From the NCBI GenBank assembly GCA_000002435.2, contig CM018793.1: DNA of 64,000 nt. One strand, 5' to 3'. The notes beneath the pieces are model-generated. The model made no database searches, was not told the DNA's origin, and saw only the letters and a list, made by a program, of their open reading frames with translations. Numbering within the stretch: the stretch's first letter is position 1; every line of letters starts with the position of its first letter. Both the position numbers and the translations under genes were made by a program. Below, piece after piece: positions 59,688-64,000 of this stretch. The stretch comes from Giardia intestinalis. Taxonomy: Eukaryota.

Positions 59688-62492
59688 TTACTTCTTGACG
59701 TCGATGAAGGGGCTCTCATCAGCGATTCCGACAAACTTCTGACTAAAGTCATCGCACTTCGAGATTCGCTCTGTTTCTGCAGGCTTGTCGTCAATACTTA
59801 GGCGTGCGCCAATACGCTTAGTGCTTGCCTTCAAAGCCTTGATATCCAGGCTTCCATCCTCCAAGAGACCTACCTCACTCAGTTTCTCTTTCAAGGATGA
59901 TAGCTCTGCAGTTGTTGTGCGTAGAGACTTTCTAAGAGTTAGGGTCTCGTCGTCTTCTCGATAAAGAATAGGTGACAGAGTTCTGCTATTTCGAGCAGAG
60001 TTAGTTTGAATCTGTGAGGCTGTAATAACGTGTGTAACTGCTCGCTCTTGAGATATTGTTGCATTGCGCATGCTCTCGACCTCTGCTTCCTTATCCCTTA
60101 AGACAGCTTGCAAACCAACAAAGGCTTCTTCTTGTGCTCTGAGTGACTCCAGTAAAGACTGGATTGTTGCATCACGCTCACTCAATTGGTTTGTGAGAGC
60201 ATCCAGTCTTTCAAGCGTTGTATTTGGAGATACGACGGATTCAGATAGGGTCATGCTCATTTTCAGCGTTTCGATTTCTTCGTCTTTTGAGTGTAGCTCA
60301 TCAAGAAGAATGCGGTTAGAGTTTGTGAGCTCCTTCAGTCTGTCACGATCTGTTCCTGCCTTTGCTGTTACAAGTGCATTGGACAGCCGTGCATTTTCCC
60401 GTGCGAGGGCATCGTTTGCTCTTGACAGCTCTTCTAGCTTTTGTTTATGTTCCTCAGAGGTACAACCATGGATTGTTATGGGCCGTGTTTGAAGCTGTAT
60501 TGTGTTAAAAAGTTCTCGCTGAAGATTCGATATTTGATCTTCCTTCTCCTTCAACTGTTTTGTTAACTGTTCAGAATCATTTTGATTCAACTCTTGCTTT
60601 AGCGTGGCAACGTCCTTCTCCAATTGGTTATTCTCCACAATCAAGCATCTTATATCGTGCATTCGTGCCATTATGATTCTTTTAAGGGCGTCTGGGTCAT
60701 CCCCTTCTGGAACTGTAACAGGCGCAAGGGTGTTTAAACTCAATCGTGCAATTTCAGCTTCCTTTTGCTTTAGAAGCTCTTTGTAATACTCAACCCCTTT
60801 GAAATTGTCTATCACGGGGGTAGGTGGAATAGTTTCTTTTTGGTTTTGTGCCTCCCGGGAAGCTATGGCTCCGATAGTCATGTCAGGAATGAGAAGAGAG
60901 CAGCTCTCAGAATCAGGCTGCTGTTGATTTCTTGTCACAACGGGATCAGTAGTAGATGTCTCCACAGACTTGTCCGAGGTTTCAACGAGTTTCTGCGGAT
61001 ATAATTGCTCTGAAGAATGTGGCCCAAATCTGTTAACTGGTTCCACAGCGCAAGGGTACAGTTCTTGAGAGCCATCTAATGGAGTTCTGATCCTTGCAAC
61101 ACTTAGCTCTAACACTTCAGGAGCTTCCTTTCTACCTTCAGACAAATATGCTTTGTTCATATTACCACACAGTCGCTCAAGCAAACTACGCAGAACCTTT
61201 AGGTGCGGGTTCTCTATGAGAACAACGTCCACGTCCGACGAAACATTATCTCCGATGTCTTTCTGAAGCTGTGTTGTGCTTCTGTCAGACTCGCCACTAA
61301 GGCTCAACTCTGCCATCCTATCGACGAATTCATGAACTAGCTGGGCAATTACTTTGTCTCTTTCAGAGATTGCTATTTTGAGGTAATCGGATCCGCCATC
61401 GAGCTTAGTCGCTTTAATATAGTCTCGCAGTTTGCTCTCAAGTGCATCTGCTCTTGTTCGTTCGCTTGCAAGTTGCTGGTCATACCACCTCTTCAGGGTA
61501 TCCATATCATCCGTGTCGCTCTCCGCAGGCATGCGAAGAGAGCCTGCCCGTCTATTGAGGATCTCTGAGTCCACGCTGAACGGGTTCCCATGAGGCGAGT
61601 TTGTGGCAGATATGACACTAATTATATCAGCTGAAGCGTTAAGCTGTTCCTGTAGTGTTTTTACTTGCTCTTTCAAGCGGTCATTCTCTTTCCGAAGAAG
61701 ATTGTTCGAGTTTCGCAGCGTAGTAATCGCCAGATTGTCAGCATCATCTGCCTGGTCCAGGGTCGCGGCGCCTGCCTTGTCCGTTGCTACTGAACTGCGA
61801 GGTGAAGTGTTTTGTGAGAAACTGACGGCTCTCTCATCCGACCTTGTCGTTTGAGATACCGTGGATGCCTGCATAAAGCTATTTCCTAGAGAAGGGTTCC
61901 TGATAAGATGATCATAGCGGTGGCTATCGCGCGAATTAGAACTGAGAAGTGATGCAGATTTCTCCCGTAGTAAGTCGTGGATGTGTGTGTATTCCTTTTC
62001 TACAGCAAGAAAGAGAGCGGTCTCAAGGTCCTTAAGAGTGGTTACACGCATTTGAAGGATGAATTTCACGGCCTGTTCCCGGTTCTCTAGAACAGCGTGA
62101 TCAAGAGCGGAAAAACCTGACTGATCGGTTCGTAATGCAAAGTACGGGTGAATCACCTTCATAACCTCAATGTTCCCGCGAGACGAGGCCAACATGAAGG
62201 CGTCACGCCCGTCCGGCATAGATATATTAGCCTCGAGTGGTGCTAAGAGCTCTGCCGTCTCTGCGCAGTTCATAAGCGCGGCCTGCATAAGTGCTGTTAG
62301 TCCAGCCTTGTTGACCATGCATACCTCCCTCGGGATAAGCACCTTAGCAACATCTAGGGCGTTGTTCTCTGCAGCCAGAATGAGCGCCGTATCTCCCTCA
62401 TCGGAAACGGACCTAGCGTAGACATCCACTGTCTCCATTATCAGTGCACAATTGTTGGCCCGCGCTGCATCGAACCACGTGTGGGGTGCCAT
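59688..62492 (-). CDS. Ankyrin-repeat plus long coiled-coil protein (934 aa, 'protein 21.1'-type)
   Basis: The N-terminal ankyrin repeats include EGDTALILAAENNALDVAKVLI, AGLTALMQAALMNCAETAELL and DGRDAFMLASSRGNIEVMKVI. A coiled-coil of about 650 aa follows. Confidence 0.8.
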   Translation of the reverse strand: MAPHTWFDAARANNCALIMETVDVYARSVSDEGDTALILAAENNALDVAKVLIPREVCMVNKAGLTALMQAALMNCAETAELLAPLEANISMPDGRDAFMLASSRGNIEVMKVIHPYFALRTDQSGFSALDHAVLENREQAVKFILQMRVTTLKDLETALFLAVEKEYTHIHDLLREKSASLLSSNSRDSHRYDHLIRNPSLGNSFMQASTVSQTTRSDERAVSFSQNTSPRSSVATDKAGAATLDQADDADNLAITTLRNSNNLLRKENDRLKEQVKTLQEQLNASADIISVISATNSPHGNPFSVDSEILNRRAGSLRMPAESDTDDMDTLKRWYDQQLASERTRADALESKLRDYIKATKLDGGSDYLKIAISERDKVIAQLVHEFVDRMAELSLSGESDRSTTQLQKDIGDNVSSDVDVVLIENPHLKVLRSLLERLCGNMNKAYLSEGRKEAPEVLELSVARIRTPLDGSQELYPCAVEPVNRFGPHSSEQLYPQKLVETSDKSVETSTTDPVVTRNQQQPDSESCSLLIPDMTIGAIASREAQNQKETIPPTPVIDNFKGVEYYKELLKQKEAEIARLSLNTLAPVTVPEGDDPDALKRIIMARMHDIRCLIVENNQLEKDVATLKQELNQNDSEQLTKQLKEKEDQISNLQRELFNTIQLQTRPITIHGCTSEEHKQKLEELSRANDALARENARLSNALVTAKAGTDRDRLKELTNSNRILLDELHSKDEEIETLKMSMTLSESVVSPNTTLERLDALTNQLSERDATIQSLLESLRAQEEAFVGLQAVLRDKEAEVESMRNATISQERAVTHVITASQIQTNSARNSRTLSPILYREDDETLTLRKSLRTTTAELSSLKEKLSEVGLLEDGSLDIKALKASTKRIGARLSIDDKPAETERISKCDDFSQKFVGIADESPFIDVKK

Positions 62493-62680
62493 TGTTGATA
62501 ACTTAAATGCTTTGGCGCAAATTATTATGCCATATGGTATAAATAATTGAATTGCAAAATGCTATAACACTTACATGGACCATCCGAAGAAGACCGTGGG
62601 CAGCCCTCAATGGAATGGTCATCTTGTCCCCATTCTACATGAAGTTTGTAAAACCAAAAAATTAAATCTGTAGAACCAAA

Positions 62681-63598
62681 ATGCTATTTGCTGTCCTCGT
62701 TGTTGCAGTTCTATCAACTCCGTTCTATAGCCCCCATCTCCTGAAATATTTGAACAAGAAGGAAAACAAGCTCTGGGAGGCGGGAATACCGGCTAAATTC
62801 GCTAATCGAACGCATGATGAAGTTACAAAGATGTTCTTCCCCCATGCGTTCCTTAGACCAAATATTCCCCGCTATTATGGCGTGAATATTACTGAGGATG
62901 ATCTCTATCCTCCGGCCGGCTCCCCTGACCGTCTTGACTATCGCCAGACCCATCCGGAGTGCTTTTTTGAACCGGAAGACCAGAAAGAATGCTCCTGTTG
63001 CTATGCATTTGCAACCCTGGGCGCACTATCTACACGTCGCTGCATCGCAAAGCTTGATCCCCAAGCTGTCTCTCTTTCCGTTCAGCACATGGTCTCGTGT
63101 GACAGCGGCGAGGCCGGTTGTCAGGGAGGCGAGTTCGAATCATCCTGGGCTTTTCTCGAAACAGAGGGAGCAGTAAAAAGTGACTGTCTTCCCTACACCA
63201 GTGGCGAAACTGGTAAATCAGGTGAGTGCCCCACGACGTGCCAGGATGGAACCCCTGTCGAGAGCGCCTTCCATTACAAAGCTGCCTCGGCCAGCCGTCT
63301 TAGCAACTACAATGAGATCATGGTGTCCCTTCTTGCCGATGGGCCAGTGCAAACGGGCTTCTACGTCCACGAGGACTTTCTATATTATGTCGGTGGGATC
63401 TATCACAAGGTTTATGGCACGAGCCTTGGTGGGCATGCAGTTCTTATTGTTGGCTATGGAAGCATGAACAATCACGACTATTGGATTGTTCGTAATTCTT
63501 GGGGGTCGGATTGGGGTGAAAATGGCTACTTCAGGATACTCCGCGGAACAAACGAGTGTGGCATTGAGAAGAATGCGTGGCAGGTAGCAGTGAAGTAA
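62681..63598 (+). CDS. Cathepsin B-like cysteine peptidase (papain family C1)
   Basis: It has the signal peptide [17 protein letters not shown]. The active-site Cys lies in '[22 protein letters not shown]' (CGSCWAF in cathepsin B). The His lies in '[11 protein letters not shown]' and the Asn in '[20 protein letters not shown]'. The Cys-rich occluding-loop region '[17 protein letters not shown]' is present. Confidence 0.85.
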   Translation: MLFAVLVVAVLSTPFYSPHLLKYLNKKENKLWEAGIPAKFANRTHDEVTKMFFPHAFLRPNIPRYYGVNITEDDLYPPAGSPDRLDYRQTHPECFFEPEDQKECSCCYAFATLGALSTRRCIAKLDPQAVSLSVQHMVSCDSGEAGCQGGEFESSWAFLETEGAVKSDCLPYTSGETGKSGECPTTCQDGTPVESAFHYKAASASRLSNYNEIMVSLLADGPVQTGFYVHEDFLYYVGGIYHKVYGTSLGGHAVLIVGYGSMNNHDYWIVRNSWGSDWGENGYFRILRGTNECGIEKNAWQVAVK

Positions 63599-63628
63599 AC
63601 GTCCAAAGGCTTTTTGGGAAAAAGTCAT

Positions 63629-64000
63629 GCCCGGGTGTATCTTTGCTGCACGGCCGCGGATAGTTGGATACAAGCGTTCGCCGTTTGGACGTGTTGGTGG
63701 TTCTATTAGCAAGGTGCACCCTAGCATACTGGCAGCAGCCGTTGTAGACGCAACTCTAGCGAGTAGCGAGCTCAATCCTGCAGATGTATCTGCGATGGTT
63801 GTTGGCCACAGCTTGCCATCCTTTTGCGGTCAACACGCAGCTCAGCAAATTGTCTCCAAAAGTACATTGCTGGCCACGCCTGTGCCTGCTATTTCAATCA
63901 ACGTCGTTTGCAACTCTGGTATAGAGGCAGTTATTGAGGCTTGCAGACGCATCAGTGTAGGCGAGGGATTAGCGTATCTCGCCGTTGGGATGGAGAGTAT
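63629..64000 (+). CDS. Acetyl-CoA acetyltransferase (thiolase), 5' partial, running off the window end
   Basis: My own translation from the ATG at 63629 gives MPGCIFAARPRIVGYKRSPFGRVGGSISKVHPSILAAAVVDATLASSELNPADVSAMVVGHSLPSFCGQHAAQQIVSKSTLLATPVPAISINVVCNSGIEAVIEACRRISVGEGLAYLAVGMES. This matches the thiolase N-terminus, including the catalytic-Cys region 'NxVCxSG', here VCNSG, and the 'AGGMESMS' block, here AVGMES. The ORF is absent from the ORF track because there is no stop inside the window. Confidence 0.6.

Noticed and set aside
1-64000. Prokaryotic-style systems (CRISPR arrays, restriction-modification, toxin-antitoxin, defence islands, operons)
   Set aside because: The sequence is eukaryotic, with kinesins, ankyrin repeats, proteasome, spliceosome, a CLK kinase and a Giardia VSP. 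It has no direct-repeat/spacer arrays and no Shine-Dalgarno-coupled operons, and none of the ORFs resemble bacterial defence proteins.

Overview
This window reads as a compact, intron-poor nuclear chromosome segment of a diplomonad, almost certainly Giardia intestinalis/lamblia. The main evidence is one variant-specific surface protein (VSP) gene that ends in the invariant ...CRGKA tail and is followed 1 nt after its stop by the VSP extended poly(A) motif ACTTAGGTAGTAAAC. The window also holds five ankyrin-repeat/coiled-coil genes of the Giardia 'protein 21.1' type, short AT-rich initiator regions directly upstream of start codons, and genes separated by tens of bp or overlapping by a few nt.

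I support about 33 protein-coding genes on both strands. Those I can assign by recognisable motifs are:
- Ctu1/Ncs6 tRNA 2-thiolation PP-loop ATPase
- a PGM2-family phosphomutase whose catalytic residues are replaced
- two kinesins
- a TcdA-type ThiF-family E1-like enzyme
- proteasome alpha-2
- an ASF1-like histone chaperone with an acidic tail
- an FAE1-type 3-ketoacyl-CoA synthase
- a TBC-like protein
- RNase P/MRP Rpp30
- a DEAH/DExH helicase containing an (Asn-Ser)n microsatellite
- a LAMMER/CLK kinase
- a Dis3-like RNB exoribonuclease
- splicing factor SF3a60/Prp9
- a prominin-like pentaspan membrane protein
- a cathepsin B-like peptidase
- a 5'-partial thiolase at the right edge

No rRNA, tRNA, CRISPR or mobile element could be supported from sequence alone. 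The unusual parts are three ORF-free stretches that are long for this genome: 1-5780, 45742-47968 (upstream of the VSP) and 53625-54827 (GC-rich). I found no prokaryotic-style defence or 'system' locus. The findings below are gene-level oddities (a pseudoenzyme, possibly laterally acquired lipid enzymes, overlapping gene ends) rather than a new multi-gene system.
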